Source of the DNA: an uncultured Candidatus Saccharibacteria bacterium
Lineage (GTDB): Bacteria > Patescibacteriota > Minisyncoccia > Phycocordibacterales > GWA1-40-21
Assembly: GCA_964539415.1 (NCBI GenBank)
Contig: CAZIID010000001.1
Span: 11,979-75,978 of the forward strand
DNA: 64,000 nucleotides
Reading direction: 5' to 3'
Part shown: piece after piece, positions 8,291 through 19,292 of the stretch
How positions within the stretch are numbered: position 1 is the stretch's first letter
Layout: the number at the start of each line of letters is the position of its first letter
Translations under genes and position numbers: made by a program
The notes under the pieces: generated by a model
Told to the model about the DNA's origin: nothing
Database searches by the model: none
What the model saw: the letters and a program-made list of their open reading frames with translations, nothing else

Positions 8291-10237
8291 ATGAATCATC
8301 TTGAAGGTTTAAACGAGCAACAGAAGGCGGCAGTCCTCCAAAAGGACGGCCCAATACTTATAATCGCAGGTGCCGGTGCAGGAAAAACAAAAACAATCAC
8401 ACATAGGATAATGCATTTAATAAAAGAAGGAGTCGCACCACACGAAATACTTGCTATCACTTTTACAAACAAGGCAGCAAAAGAAATGAGAGAGAGGGTA
8501 GAAAAAATAATCTCCGAAGACAACTCCCTTAACCTTCCTATAAAAAATAATGAGAGACCTTTTCTCAGTACCTTTCACTCTCTTGGAGTTCACATCATAA
8601 AAGAGAACAGTCGGCTTGTTGGAGTTTCAAGAAACTTCTCCATTATGGATAGAAGTGATTCAAAAAGAATTATCAAAGATATTCTTAAGTATCTTGATAT
8701 AGATCCGAAACAATATGAGCCTGGAAAAATAATTTCCGCTATTTCTATGGAAAAAAGCAATTTGAACTCACCTGAAAATTTTCTGGAAACTGCCGATAAA
8801 AAAGGGTATACAATGTCTTCTGTTGTAGCACGAGTTTGGCCATTATATGAAAAAAAACTTCTAGAAGAAAAAGCTTTGGACTTTGATGATTTGCTTTTGA
8901 AAGCTTACAAAATATTAAACGAGAATAAAGACGTCTTGGAACACTATCAAAATGTTTGGAAATATATTCATATAGACGAATATCAAGACACAAACAAAGT
9001 TCAATACATGACAAGCAGACTTTTGGCGCAAAAAAGTAAAAATATTTGTGTTGTGGGAGACATAGACCAAAATATTTATAGTTGGAGAGGTGCAAATATA
9101 GAAAACATTTTAAATTTTGAAAAAGACTACCCAAATGCAAAGGTTATTTTGCTTGAAGAAAATTATCGTTCAACACAGACAATTCTAAATGTTGCAAATA
9201 AAGTTATTTCAAAAAACAAGATGCGCCGTGAGAAAAATCTCTTCACAAAAAATGAAGAGGGAGAAAAAATAACTTATTGTAAAAGTCTAAATGAGAACGA
9301 AGAAGCTAGGTTTATAGCCAGAAAAGCGCAGAAGCTTATAGCAGATGGTGTTAACCCACAGGAAATGGCTGTGCTCTATAGAGCAAACTTTCAATCTCGT
9401 GTATTAGAAGAAGCTTTTATTTCAGAGAGCGTTCCTTACCAAGTCCTCGGTACAAAATTCTTTGAAAGAAAAGAAGTCAAAGATGTTTTGTGTTATCTTC
9501 GTGCCTCAATGAATCCAGAAAGTTTAAGTGATCTCAAAAGAATAATAAATATTCCTGCTCGAGGTATAGGCAAGGTTACAATGATGAAAATATTTGAAGG
9601 TAGAAAAGATTCACTCCCTGACACAATAAAAATTAAGGTGAATGATTTCTTTTCTTTATTACAGAGAATAAAAAATGAAACTGCAGAAAAAAAACCTTCT
9701 GAAATAATTAAATACATAATAAGAGAAAGTGGTTTAGAAAGAGAAATGCAAGGTGGGGGAGATGAAGACAAAGAAAGGTTAGAAAACATGCGTGAACTTG
9801 CAACTCTTGCAATAAAATATGATGTCTATCCAAAGCCTGAAGGTATAGAAAAACTTTTAGAAGAAGCTTCACTTGCAACTGACCAAGATTCTTTAGAAAA
9901 AAATGAGAAGGCAGTTAAACTTATGACTGTTCACGCATCAAAAGGACTTGAGTTTGACTATGTTTTTATCACTGGACTTGAAGAAGATCTTTTCCCTCAT
10001 CAAGCAATCGGCAAGGACGAAAAAACACCAGAAGAAATGGAAGAAGAGAGAAGACTGTTTTATGTGGCACTAACAAGAGCAAGAAAAAAGATTTTTCTTA
10101 CCTGCGCAGAAATGAGAACAATTTTCGGTTCACAACAAATGAATCTTCCATCACAATTCTTCGCGGATATTGATTCTGAATTTTTGGAAGAAGAAAACTT
10201 TGAATATCGCGAAAAAATCGTCTACCTAGAGTGGTAG
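8291..10237 (+). CDS. pcrA: UvrD/PcrA SF1 helicase
   Basis: AGAGAGKT, TFTNKAA, DEYQD, VVGD.DQ.IYSWRGA, TVHASKGLEF and EERRLFYVALTRA motifs. Confidence 0.95.
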   Translation: MNHLEGLNEQQKAAVLQKDGPILIIAGAGAGKTKTITHRIMHLIKEGVAPHEILAITFTNKAAKEMRERVEKIISEDNSLNLPIKNNERPFLSTFHSLGVHIIKENSRLVGVSRNFSIMDRSDSKRIIKDILKYLDIDPKQYEPGKIISAISMEKSNLNSPENFLETADKKGYTMSSVVARVWPLYEKKLLEEKALDFDDLLLKAYKILNENKDVLEHYQNVWKYIHIDEYQDTNKVQYMTSRLLAQKSKNICVVGDIDQNIYSWRGANIENILNFEKDYPNAKVILLEENYRSTQTILNVANKVISKNKMRREKNLFTKNEEGEKITYCKSLNENEEARFIARKAQKLIADGVNPQEMAVLYRANFQSRVLEEAFISESVPYQVLGTKFFERKEVKDVLCYLRASMNPESLSDLKRIINIPARGIGKVTMMKIFEGRKDSLPDTIKIKVNDFFSLLQRIKNETAEKKPSEIIKYIIRESGLEREMQGGGDEDKERLENMRELATLAIKYDVYPKPEGIEKLLEEASLATDQDSLEKNEKAVKLMTVHASKGLEFDYVFITGLEEDLFPHQAIGKDEKTPEEMEEERRLFYVALTRARKKIFLTCAEMRTIFGSQQMNLPSQFFADIDSEFLEEENFEYREKIVYLEW

Positions 10238-10246
10238 AATATTATC

Positions 10247-10271
10247 CACTTGGTAGCGTCGCCACCAAGTG
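10247..10271. repeat. REP palindrome, family A (TTGGTAGCGNCGCYACCAA)
   Basis: CACTTGGTAGCGTCGCCACCAAGTG immediately 5' of the RAYT gene. Confidence 0.85.
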
Positions 10272-10284
10272 TTATAATCTAAAA

Positions 10285-10952
10285 ATGGGACAAAGAAAAA
10301 CACCTTTCATAAACAATGAACTTTATCATATCTTTAATCGTGGAGTTGATAAAAAAGAAATTTTTATTGAAAAAGAAGATTACTTTCGTTTTATTGAAGA
10401 AATAAAAGAATTTAATATTGATAGACCAATAGGTAGTTTATACGAACTTTCGTTTGAAAGAAAAAAACTTGATAAAAAATCAGCATTTGGTAGCGACGCC
10501 ACCAAATTGGTTGATATTATTGCATATAATATCAATCCTAATCACTTCCATTTAATCTTAAAACAAAAAAAGATGGTGGAATCGGAAAATTTATGCAAAA
10601 AATTGGAACAGGCTATGTAAAATATTTTAATGAAAAAACTCACAGAACTGGTTCACTATTCCAAGGACCATTCAAGTCTGTTCACATTGATAGCAATGAA
10701 TATCTACTTTATTTAAGTGCTTATGTAAATTTAAACGATAAAATACATAAAATAGAAGACTCCTTTGGTTTTTCTAGTCTCCATGAGTATATTCAAGATA
10801 ACAAAGATGGAATGTGTGAAAAATCAATAATATTAGAACAATTTAGCAACAAAAAATATAATTATGAAGAGTTCTTAAATAAATCTCTACAGCAAATGAT
10901 AGAGACAAAAGAAGGTAACAAGAAGATGGAGAAGTATCTTCTGGAAAACTAA
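10285..10952 (+). mobile_element. REP-associated tyrosine transposase (RAYT, Y1 HUH family), split by a -1 frameshift at 10566-10572
   Basis: YHIFNRG...IF....DY.RF and NPNHFHLIL (HUH); continues in the -1 frame as DGGIGKFMQK...YFN...RTGSLFQGPFKS...YVNLN...SS; flanked by palindromes. Confidence 0.85.
10485..10507. repeat. REP family A copy inside the RAYT coding sequence
   Basis: ATTTGGTAGCGACGCCACCAAAT, translated as FGSDATK. Confidence 0.85.
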
Positions 10953-10960
10953 CCATTGTC

Positions 10961-10999
10961 TACTAGCTATTTGGTAGCGTCGCTACCAAATAGCTAGTA
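10961..10999. repeat. REP family A, extended perfect palindrome
   Basis: TACTAGCTATTTGGTAGCG-T-CGCTACCAAATAGCTAGTA, 3' of the RAYT gene. Confidence 0.88.
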
Positions 11000-11017
11000 A
11001 ATACATCAAAAACAAAC

Positions 11018-11818
11018 ATGAGTATAAAAGCTAAAAAATCATTAGGGCAAAATTTCCTCAAATCAGGGGCGATTTTAGATAAGATAATAATTGCCGGAAG
11101 CGTGGGTAAAGACGATCTAGTGCTAGAAATAGGCCCTGGAGAGGGTGCGCTCACCGAAAAATTGCTTGAAAAAGCTAAAAAAGTCATTGCTGTTGAAAAA
11201 GACGACAGACTTATTGGTGTTTTAGAGCAAAAATTCGCCAAAAACATAGAAAATGGCTCTTTTGAACTAATTCATGATGATATACTCGAATCAGACATAC
11301 AAAAATACGGCTTAAAATCTGAAGAATACAAGCTTATAGCGAACATTCCATACTATATTACTGGCCAAATTTTCAGAAAATTCCTTTCTGGACCAATTCA
11401 GCCCAATAAAATGGTAGTTTTGGTGCAAAAAGAAGTAGCTCAAAGGGCTGTTGCAAGAGATGAAAAAGAAAGTTTACTCTCTATCAGCATAAAAATCTAC
11501 GGAGAACCAAAAATGATGGGGGTAGTAGCTAGGGGGAACTTCAACCCTGTGCCAAATGTTGATTCAGCAATACTACTTGTGGACAATATTTCAAAGGACT
11601 TCTTTGCCGGTTTCACTGAAGATTCTTTTTTTGAAGTTTTAAAAGCCGGTTTTGCCCACAAAAGGAAACAAATAGCCGGAAATTTAAAAGACTTAATAAA
11701 AGACGGCGAAAAAGTAAGCACTTTGCTCAAAAAATGTGATATAGATGAAAAAAGTAGGGCAGAAGACCTAAATAAAGAAGATTGGGCAAAAATTGTGATA
11801 GAATATGGGGAAATATGA
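11018..11818 (+). CDS. rsmA: 16S rRNA adenine dimethyltransferase RsmA/KsgA
   Basis: KKSLGQNFL, LEIGPGEG, ANIPYYIT and F.P.P.VDSA motifs. Confidence 0.96.
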   Translation: MSIKAKKSLGQNFLKSGAILDKIIIAGSVGKDDLVLEIGPGEGALTEKLLEKAKKVIAVEKDDRLIGVLEQKFAKNIENGSFELIHDDILESDIQKYGLKSEEYKLIANIPYYITGQIFRKFLSGPIQPNKMVVLVQKEVAQRAVARDEKESLLSISIKIYGEPKMMGVVARGNFNPVPNVDSAILLVDNISKDFFAGFTEDSFFEVLKAGFAHKRKQIAGNLKDLIKDGEKVSTLLKKCDIDEKSRAEDLNKEDWAKIVIEYGEI

Positions 11819-13344
11819 ACAAAAAGTTTTATCTAATGACCTCATTTATAACTGGTTTTGCACTTATGACTGTAGAGTTGTTGGCTTCAAGAATTGTCGC
11901 GCCAATTATAGGTAGTTCTGTCTTTACTTGGACATCAGTTATAGGAACAACTCTTCTAGGTCTTTCTATTGGAAGTTATCTTGGTGGAAAATTATCGGAC
12001 AAATTTAACAATAACTGGCTTTTGCCTTTATCTTTTCTAGTTTCAAGTATTTCGGTATTTTTGATAAACTTTTTCGCAAAATCTGTAGGTTTCATAATAA
12101 ATTCCACAGATTCTATGCTTTTAATAAATTTATTTGTTTCACTGTATCTTTTTCTGCCTTCAGCCTTATTTATAGGGACCATACAACCAATCGTATTAAA
12201 GAAATACGCGGATAATATATCAAATATCGGCAAAGAATATGGTCTGTTGTCTTCATTGTGGTCTCTTGGAAGCATATTGGGGGTATTCCTTTCCGGCTTC
12301 TATTTTGTTTCAAATATAGGAAGTTTTGAGACACTAAATATGATATCTATTATTCTTTTAATATTGAGCATTGCCTTTTCTTATAAAAATAAAAGGTCTT
12401 TGACATTAAATCTAGTTATTTTGCTGATATTCTTAACAATCATATTCCTAATACCTAAAGTAAATCAAAAAAACAATAAAATTTTGTTTGAAAAAGAGAC
12501 AAACTACTACAAAATAAGGATAGTAGACAGAAACCTCCCCAAATATGGCGACACGAGGTTTCTTTTTTTAGATATAGACTCACACAATGAAATAGCAAAA
12601 GATGCAGATATAGATTCTTACACAAAAATATATCCGATATTCTCCGATATTAACGCCGATATGCAAAAAATGCTCGTAATCGGTGCTGGTGCTTATGAAA
12701 TACCTCAGTATTTAAAAGAAAATTATAAAAATTCAGATATAACCGTCTTAGAAGTTGACCCAGAGATAGAAAAAGTTGGAGAAATGTTTTTTGACTTAAA
12801 ACCGAAAGAAATCAAGACAAAGATCACTGATGCAAGGGTATTTTTCTCAAAAACAAGTCAAAAATATGACTTAATCTTTGGTGATGCTTATAATTCATTC
12901 ATTTCTGTCCCTTGGTATCTACTTACAGATCAATTTAATAAAGAAGTTTATGAAAAATTAACAGAAAATGGCATATATGCATTAAATTTTATAGGAAAAA
13001 TAGAAGGTAACGGTAGCGAATTAACAAAAAGCATTGCCACAACATTTAAAAAAACCTTTAAAAATAGCCTTATATTAAAATACGGAAATTTAGATAATTC
13101 TGTACAAAACATAGTGCTTATTGGTATTAAAGGAGAGGTAGAAATAAATTCAATTATTAACAAAATAACGAGAAATCATCCATCTCTTGCAGAAAAAATA
13201 CTTTCAAAAGAGAAAACGGACGAATTGACTTCATCAGGTCAAATCTTGACCGACAACTTTTCACCGATTGAAAAACTAATCAGCCCAATCACACAAGAAT
13301 ATTTTACTGAATACATTCGGTTCTTAGAAAAATTAAAAATATAA
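11815..13344 (+). CDS. Fused MFS-like membrane domain / spermidine synthase-like SAM domain
   Basis: Multi-TM N-terminus (ELLASRIVAPIIGSS), LVIGAG, VLEVDP, DAR, YDLIFGDAY, LTDNFSP; likely start MNKKF overlaps the rsmA stop. Confidence 0.85.
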   Translation: MNKKFYLMTSFITGFALMTVELLASRIVAPIIGSSVFTWTSVIGTTLLGLSIGSYLGGKLSDKFNNNWLLPLSFLVSSISVFLINFFAKSVGFIINSTDSMLLINLFVSLYLFLPSALFIGTIQPIVLKKYADNISNIGKEYGLLSSLWSLGSILGVFLSGFYFVSNIGSFETLNMISIILLILSIAFSYKNKRSLTLNLVILLIFLTIIFLIPKVNQKNNKILFEKETNYYKIRIVDRNLPKYGDTRFLFLDIDSHNEIAKDADIDSYTKIYPIFSDINADMQKMLVIGAGAYEIPQYLKENYKNSDITVLEVDPEIEKVGEMFFDLKPKEIKTKITDARVFFSKTSQKYDLIFGDAYNSFISVPWYLLTDQFNKEVYEKLTENGIYALNFIGKIEGNGSELTKSIATTFKKTFKNSLILKYGNLDNSVQNIVLIGIKGEVEINSIINKITRNHPSLAEKILSKEKTDELTSSGQILTDNFSPIEKLISPITQEYFTEYIRFLEKLKI

Positions 13345-13389
13345 ATTAAAAAATTTGTAATAGAATATATAAATGATATAATTTATTAA

Positions 13390-14337
13390 ATGCAAAATCT
13401 TAGACAATATCTTCCGTCAAAAAAGTTCGCTATTATTTTAATCTCTATTATTGTTGCATTAGTAATCATCTTTATAACAAAAACTTTTGTTAACATTAAA
13501 GACTCAGGCGAAGCAGAGGTAACCGCAGAAGTAAAAAAAGAAATCGCTTTGCGTGAACAATTTTTAGAAGTAGATTCAGACAACGATGGATTGAAAGATT
13601 GGGAAGAATCTTTATGGCAAACCGATCCAAAAAATCCTGACACGGACGGGGACGGCACAAGCGACGGTGCTGAAATAAAAGCTTATAGAGACCCATTGAA
13701 AGCTGGACCTAATGACGGTTTTGACCCAAAAGAAATCGCTGAAACAAAAAAAATTATAGATGAATATGAAAGTCTTAGTGTAACAGAAAAATTTTCAAGA
13801 ACCTTATTTTCTCAATATCTAGCAACACAAAAAGCAGACACTGCTATGTCAGAAAGCGACGCCAACTATCTTGTTGAGAATATGCTCGCTGACCTACCAA
13901 AAGAAACCCTAACAGATAAATATTTATCAAGTGATATTTCTGTGCTGACAGATGCGACAACTGAAGACTTAGATATTTATAGAAGTAAACTCGTGAATAT
14001 ACTTGATAAAAACTTCTGGTCATATTTCACGACTGAGATGACTATTTTCCAAAATGCAATGAGCACAGACAGCAAAGATGAACTTAAAAAATTAGACCCG
14101 ATCATTCAAAGTTATAAAGATGCATCTATCGCAGTAAGTAAATTAAAAACTCCTGAAATATTTAAAACAAATGGTGTTAATATCGCAAACTTATTATATA
14201 ATATGTCCATATCAGTTCAAGGTTTCAAAACTGTTTTTGAAGATTCTATTCCTGCACTCATGGCCTATGATAATTTTTATGTTTATTACAATCTATTAGA
14301 CAAGGAAATTGCTGAATTAAATTTATATAATAACTAA
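13390..14337 (+). CDS. Membrane-anchored protein with bacterial TSP3-like Ca-binding repeats
   Basis: N-terminal TM; DSDNDGLKDWEE...TDP.NPDTDGDG.SDG.E. Confidence 0.75.
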   Translation: MQNLRQYLPSKKFAIILISIIVALVIIFITKTFVNIKDSGEAEVTAEVKKEIALREQFLEVDSDNDGLKDWEESLWQTDPKNPDTDGDGTSDGAEIKAYRDPLKAGPNDGFDPKEIAETKKIIDEYESLSVTEKFSRTLFSQYLATQKADTAMSESDANYLVENMLADLPKETLTDKYLSSDISVLTDATTEDLDIYRSKLVNILDKNFWSYFTTEMTIFQNAMSTDSKDELKKLDPIIQSYKDASIAVSKLKTPEIFKTNGVNIANLLYNMSISVQGFKTVFEDSIPALMAYDNFYVYYNLLDKEIAELNLYNN

Positions 14338-14338
14338 T

Positions 14339-15994
14339 ATGTCAAAAAATATTGCAAAAAAAATCTTCTCCTTACTTCTTATCGTTTCTATAATTTCTCC
14401 GACCATTTTCCTTGCAATACCGCAAAAGACGGAAGCTATAACAGTTATAGATGTGAAGCAATTTGCAATTCAAGTCTATTCTGAAGGCAAAAAGATGTTA
14501 GTTAAAGTTATATTACAACAACTTACACAACAAATAGTAAATTGGATAGACAGCGGTTTTGACGGAAACCCAGCTTTCATTCAAAATCCTTCTGGTTTTT
14601 TGACTTCCGTGGCAGACCAGACTATTGGAGAATTTATTTTTAATGAAGAGGGATTAAAATTTTTGTGTGATCCATTTAAAATTCAAATACAACTTGCTTT
14701 GGGCTTGCAGTATCAGCCTTTCAAAGCAAAAGTTAACTGTACTTTATCAGATATTCTTACAAATACCGAGAATGCTTATAATGATTTTGTTGGTGGTGAC
14801 TTTATAAATGGAGGAGGGTGGGACTCTTGGTTTAGTCTTACAACAAACCCTGCAAATTCTCCCCAAGGAGCATTTCTTATAGCAAAAAGCGAGCTTGACG
14901 CAAGAATAGTAACATCACAAGAAAACTCTGACAGAGAGGTTGGTTGGGGACAAGGATCTTTATCCTTACAAAAGTGTACAGAAACTGAATATGAAGTTTC
15001 CAAAGATGGAACTAAAAAAGAAATAGGTAAAAATAGTTTTACTGGAAATCCTTTTTATAAAGAGGCTGACTATCAAACAAAAAATGACGACGAATCGTCT
15101 GCAGGACGAGGATGGGCAAAAGTTTCTTCAGCAGATGATTTCACCTATAAAGCAAAAGAAACAAAGTGTGCCGTAACAACACCGGGACAAATTATTGTTG
15201 AAAAATTTAGATTCTCAGATACCTCTTTTATAAGGACAATGGAGCTTGAAAGTGTTATGGGTGAATCTATAAATGCAATTGGTTCTGCTCTTGTGAATCA
15301 ACTTACTAAACAGCTTATGGCACAAGTCCAAGGTATGGCATCGGGAATCCTTGGAAATAAAAATGATGCTCCAGACTACAAGAAACAAGTTGAAGAGCAA
15401 CTTAAGCTTCTAGAAGAACAGCAAAATTCTCAAATAAACTCTGGAGGAACAAATAACGGCACTAATACAACTGACAATCTTTCAAATACAAGAAATCAAG
15501 CAATCTCGGCAATAAATAACCAACTAGAGATAGAAAATAACTATATTCAAGTCCGATCAGATGCAAAGACATTACTTGAAAACACAAGCGACGCATACAC
15601 AAATGCAAGAATCTGTGTAAATAGATTGGGTGGAACAGAAGCAGTAATAAGATCCACAATGTTTACCGACAGAATAAACATAATTCAAGGAAATATGACT
15701 GGGCCGGTCATTGGTGGTCAAGTTGTAAATATAAAAACCATTACTGAACAAAACGCAGTTGCAAGATCAAACAAAGATCAGCTTAATTCAAGAAAAGATA
15801 CTATCCCTTCTGCAACAAGTATACAAAATATCAACTCTGCAATATCTGGAATAACATCTGCTCCATTTCACGCTCAATCTGATATAAAAGAAAATCTCTT
15901 TACGACGAAAGTTGAAGATTGGGTCAAACAAGAGATATCAAGTTATGCTTCGCCAGACAAACCCTGCTCATTTACTTTTGATTCTTTGAAATAA
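14339..15994 (+). CDS. Secreted hypothetical protein of the T4SS-like cluster
   Basis: Signal peptide; IVNWIDSGF.G.P.F motif and paired Cys; operon context. Confidence 0.65.
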   Translation: MSKNIAKKIFSLLLIVSIISPTIFLAIPQKTEAITVIDVKQFAIQVYSEGKKMLVKVILQQLTQQIVNWIDSGFDGNPAFIQNPSGFLTSVADQTIGEFIFNEEGLKFLCDPFKIQIQLALGLQYQPFKAKVNCTLSDILTNTENAYNDFVGGDFINGGGWDSWFSLTTNPANSPQGAFLIAKSELDARIVTSQENSDREVGWGQGSLSLQKCTETEYEVSKDGTKKEIGKNSFTGNPFYKEADYQTKNDDESSAGRGWAKVSSADDFTYKAKETKCAVTTPGQIIVEKFRFSDTSFIRTMELESVMGESINAIGSALVNQLTKQLMAQVQGMASGILGNKNDAPDYKKQVEEQLKLLEEQQNSQINSGGTNNGTNTTDNLSNTRNQAISAINNQLEIENNYIQVRSDAKTLLENTSDAYTNARICVNRLGGTEAVIRSTMFTDRINIIQGNMTGPVIGGQVVNIKTITEQNAVARSNKDQLNSRKDTIPSATSIQNINSAISGITSAPFHAQSDIKENLFTTKVEDWVKQEISSYASPDKPCSFTFDSLK

Positions 15995-16029
15995 GATTTA
16001 AGCAGAATTTAGTTGTGTGTTATAATTAG

Positions 16030-18543
16030 TTGCAAATAATGCCAAGGAAGTTTTTTAAAATAATTTTTTCCGTATTTATCTTAATCACGGTTTTTAACTT
16101 TGCCCCATTTTCTGAAAAAGGGGAGGGGTTTGGTATTAAAAAATTAAATGCACAATCAACAGATTTGGGTAATGTTCCTTTTCAATATACAGCACCGAAC
16201 CCAATCAACGACTCAAATAGCGGGATACCGAATACTACGACACCTGCAAACACAAATACACAAACTCCACCAGCAACAGACCAAACTGTAAATACAACAA
16301 ACCCTAAGACGCCAGCAACCACAAATCCGAATACAGCAAATGTTGATAATAACCTTGCAAATAATCCTGCTTATAATACCCAGAATACAACCCAAGTAGG
16401 AAAAACAAACACAACTTATAAGGCTGCACCAACAGAAAAAAGTATTCAACAAATAAAGAATGAAATCGAACAAAAAAACCTTGAAATAACAAGACTTGGT
16501 GCAAATAAAGCAAGCGCATTAGAAATACAAAAAGCTCAGGCTGAGAGGACTGCCCTTCAAGCTGAACTTGCAAAAGCAGAAGAAAAGAATGTTGAAGCAG
16601 GTAAAAAGTGCAGCGATGGTTTTTTTGGAGCAATATGGTGTTCAGCAAAAGAGGCCGTCTCTGTTATTTTTGAAGGTCCTTTGGGAATTCTTTATTTAAT
16701 CATAAACGGTTTACTTTTACTAATCCAACACCTTGCTCAATGGATTTTCCAAATCGTAGCATCAGTTTTGGACTTTGCCATAATATTTTCAATTAATATA
16801 TCAACATATATTTCTCCTATGACTGATAGTATTGATACAACATGGGCTCTAATAAGAGATGTTTTTAATGTCATTTTTGTATTTCTACTACTTTATATAT
16901 CAATAAAAACAATTATTGGGACATCTATCACAACAACAAAACAAATGCTGGGTAGTATTGTTTTAGCAGCTGTTCTTGTTAATTTCAGTATGTTTATTAC
17001 AAAGACATTAATAGATGTAAGCAACCTTATTTCTCTAACACTATATAACAAAGTGACTATAGGTGGTAGTGTCGCTACATATTTTATGCAAGTCACAGGA
17101 ATTACCGAAACATTAAATTCTCCTGTAGTAGGAGGAGGAATAAATTCCATAATTTTTAACTCCACAAATGCAGCCCTTCTAATTATCGCCATCTGGGCAT
17201 TTGGAACCATGGCAATGCTTTTTTTGGTAAGAGGTGCTTTGTTTATTATATTAATAGTAACATCACCTGTTGCTATTGCTGGTTCTTTATTACCAATGAC
17301 TAAAGAATACAGCACAAAATGGTGGGACGCCTTGAACAGTCAACTTTTAGTAGCACCAATCTTTTTTATTTTCTTACTATTAACATTCAAATTTGCAGTC
17401 GGATTAAAAAGTGTACAAATGCCAATAGTGGCAAACAGTGTTGATATGAGCCCAATTTTTAAATATGGATTAATAATTACTATTTTAATAATAGGTACAA
17501 ACATAACAAAAAAGACCTCTGGAGCAGCTGGTCAGATGCTGACAAATATAGCAAAAACAGGAATGGGTATGGCTCTAGGCCTTGCAACTGGAGGGGCAGC
17601 TCTTGCAGGAAGTGCTCTTATTGGAGGTGCAGCTTCGAGAATTATGAGCCCAGACAGAATTGCAAAATTAAAAGAAAGAACCTTACAAGGTGGTATTGGA
17701 GGACAAATCGCCTCTCTACAACTTAAGGTTGGAGAAGCTGCAAAGAAAGGAACATATGATGTCAGAAACACTGGTTTGGGCCAATACACACAGAAAAAGA
17801 CTGGACTTAATTTAGGAACTGGTAACAAAACATCATACTCATCTAGAACTGAGGCTGAAGTTAAAGCAAAAACAGAAAAATTAAAGCTTGCAGATGAGAT
17901 AGTTCAAGACAAAGCGAAAGCTTATGCAAGAACCATCCCTGAAGAAGATCTCAAGACAAAGAGAGAAGGAGATGTTAAAAAGAAAGAAGATAAGATTAAA
18001 GAAAAACATGAAGGGGAAAACCTCAGACTATCAAGAAGAGAGGCTGATATTTCAGACAAAGCCGCGGCAGAATTAAGAAAGACAGCTGAAGAAGCTAGAA
18101 AAGCTACAGAAAAAGCAAGTCAAGATTATAAAGATAACGATGCAAAGAAAAAAGCTGAAATAGATAGAATAGAGGAAGAAAAGAAACGCAAACTTCAAGA
18201 AGTGGTTGAGGATGAAAAGAGAAAGAAAGCCGACCTAGAACAAGACAAAAAAGACCTTGCAGAAAAACAGAAAGAAGAGAAAAAGAAAAATGATGAAGAA
18301 ATTGAAATAATAGAGAGTGACGGTCAATATGCAAATGAAAGAGAAGCAATAAAAGCTGATTTCATAAAAGGAAAAGTAGGAGGAGGAGATAATCTAAATC
18401 TTGAAGCACAAAAACAAAAAAGCTCTTACGCAGAAAGTGTCTCAGCTAGACCATGGCATAAAAAATTATTATCATCAGCACATTATAGAAGAGAAGTAGC
18501 TGAACAAATTAGAGATGCAGCTAGACCTAAAAAAGACAAATGA
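16030..18543 (+). CDS. VirB6/TrbL-like polytopic membrane protein with coiled-coil tail
   Basis: W..IRD..N, LAAVLVNFS...ID.SN and R....L....SP.A......P......WW pattern; Gly-rich region; upstream of PrgI and VirB4. Confidence 0.72.
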   Translation: MQIMPRKFFKIIFSVFILITVFNFAPFSEKGEGFGIKKLNAQSTDLGNVPFQYTAPNPINDSNSGIPNTTTPANTNTQTPPATDQTVNTTNPKTPATTNPNTANVDNNLANNPAYNTQNTTQVGKTNTTYKAAPTEKSIQQIKNEIEQKNLEITRLGANKASALEIQKAQAERTALQAELAKAEEKNVEAGKKCSDGFFGAIWCSAKEAVSVIFEGPLGILYLIINGLLLLIQHLAQWIFQIVASVLDFAIIFSINISTYISPMTDSIDTTWALIRDVFNVIFVFLLLYISIKTIIGTSITTTKQMLGSIVLAAVLVNFSMFITKTLIDVSNLISLTLYNKVTIGGSVATYFMQVTGITETLNSPVVGGGINSIIFNSTNAALLIIAIWAFGTMAMLFLVRGALFIILIVTSPVAIAGSLLPMTKEYSTKWWDALNSQLLVAPIFFIFLLLTFKFAVGLKSVQMPIVANSVDMSPIFKYGLIITILIIGTNITKKTSGAAGQMLTNIAKTGMGMALGLATGGAALAGSALIGGAASRIMSPDRIAKLKERTLQGGIGGQIASLQLKVGEAAKKGTYDVRNTGLGQYTQKKTGLNLGTGNKTSYSSRTEAEVKAKTEKLKLADEIVQDKAKAYARTIPEEDLKTKREGDVKKKEDKIKEKHEGENLRLSRREADISDKAAAELRKTAEEARKATEKASQDYKDNDAKKKAEIDRIEEEKKRKLQEVVEDEKRKKADLEQDKKDLAEKQKEEKKKNDEEIEIIESDGQYANEREAIKADFIKGKVGGGDNLNLEAQKQKSSYAESVSARPWHKKLLSSAHYRREVAEQIRDAARPKKDK

Positions 18544-19226
18544 ACGAAGAATTCAAAAAAATAATAGAAGAGAGAAAAAAGTCTTTACCAGAAGACATTA
18601 ATACTGCTATTGATTCAATAGATCTTGATTCAGCTCTTGCAGAAATAACAAAAAGGAACAACCTCCTTATAGATCAATCTGGATTATTATTCGCAGAAAT
18701 AACCCTTGCTTTGTATGGTATTGAACCACTATCTTCTCTTGTTTCAAATCTATCTAGAGAGCTTAGTATTTCTACTGACAAAGCAAACAAAATAGCTAAA
18801 GACGCAGACGATTTAATTTTTAGGGATATTAGAGCTAATTTAAAAGAACTGAATCGTCTTGAGGATGAAATAGAACAAGAAAAAAACATTAAACAAGGAG
18901 GGCTGTCTCGTGAACAAGTCTTAGATGAAATAGAAAACCCTCAAAAAGCAAGGCCTTCTGGCGACACAAGAACCAACGAGATTGAAATAAATTTACCGAT
19001 GAATACTCCGGAAAATGATATCATCATAAATAAAGTTGCTTTACCACAAAAAACAGATGGTATTACAGTAACAAATTCAGTTTCAGAGAAAAAAGAAATA
19101 GAAAATATTCTTGAAGCAAATTTAAACAGAACAGTTAGCTTACCAAAAGAACAAAAGATAGTTGAAGAAAAAACAAAGCTACCACAAAAGGGGAGCAGTG
19201 ACCCATACAGAGAGCCGATTGAATAA
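18540..19226 (+). CDS. Conserved hypothetical protein
   Basis: Long ORF with ATGA overlap; C-terminal DPYREPIE. Confidence 0.7.
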   Translation: MNEEFKKIIEERKKSLPEDINTAIDSIDLDSALAEITKRNNLLIDQSGLLFAEITLALYGIEPLSSLVSNLSRELSISTDKANKIAKDADDLIFRDIRANLKELNRLEDEIEQEKNIKQGGLSREQVLDEIENPQKARPSGDTRTNEIEINLPMNTPENDIIINKVALPQKTDGITVTNSVSEKKEIENILEANLNRTVSLPKEQKIVEEKTKLPQKGSSDPYREPIE

Positions 19227-19292
19227 AATAAGATGGTTTGCTTCGTCGCTTTACTCCTCGCAAAGACGGAGGGTAAAAAGAAATAAAACAGT

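Noticed and set aside
10231-10952. IS200/IS605 element with TnpB
   Set aside because: No tnpB; the motifs and flanking palindromes fit RAYT
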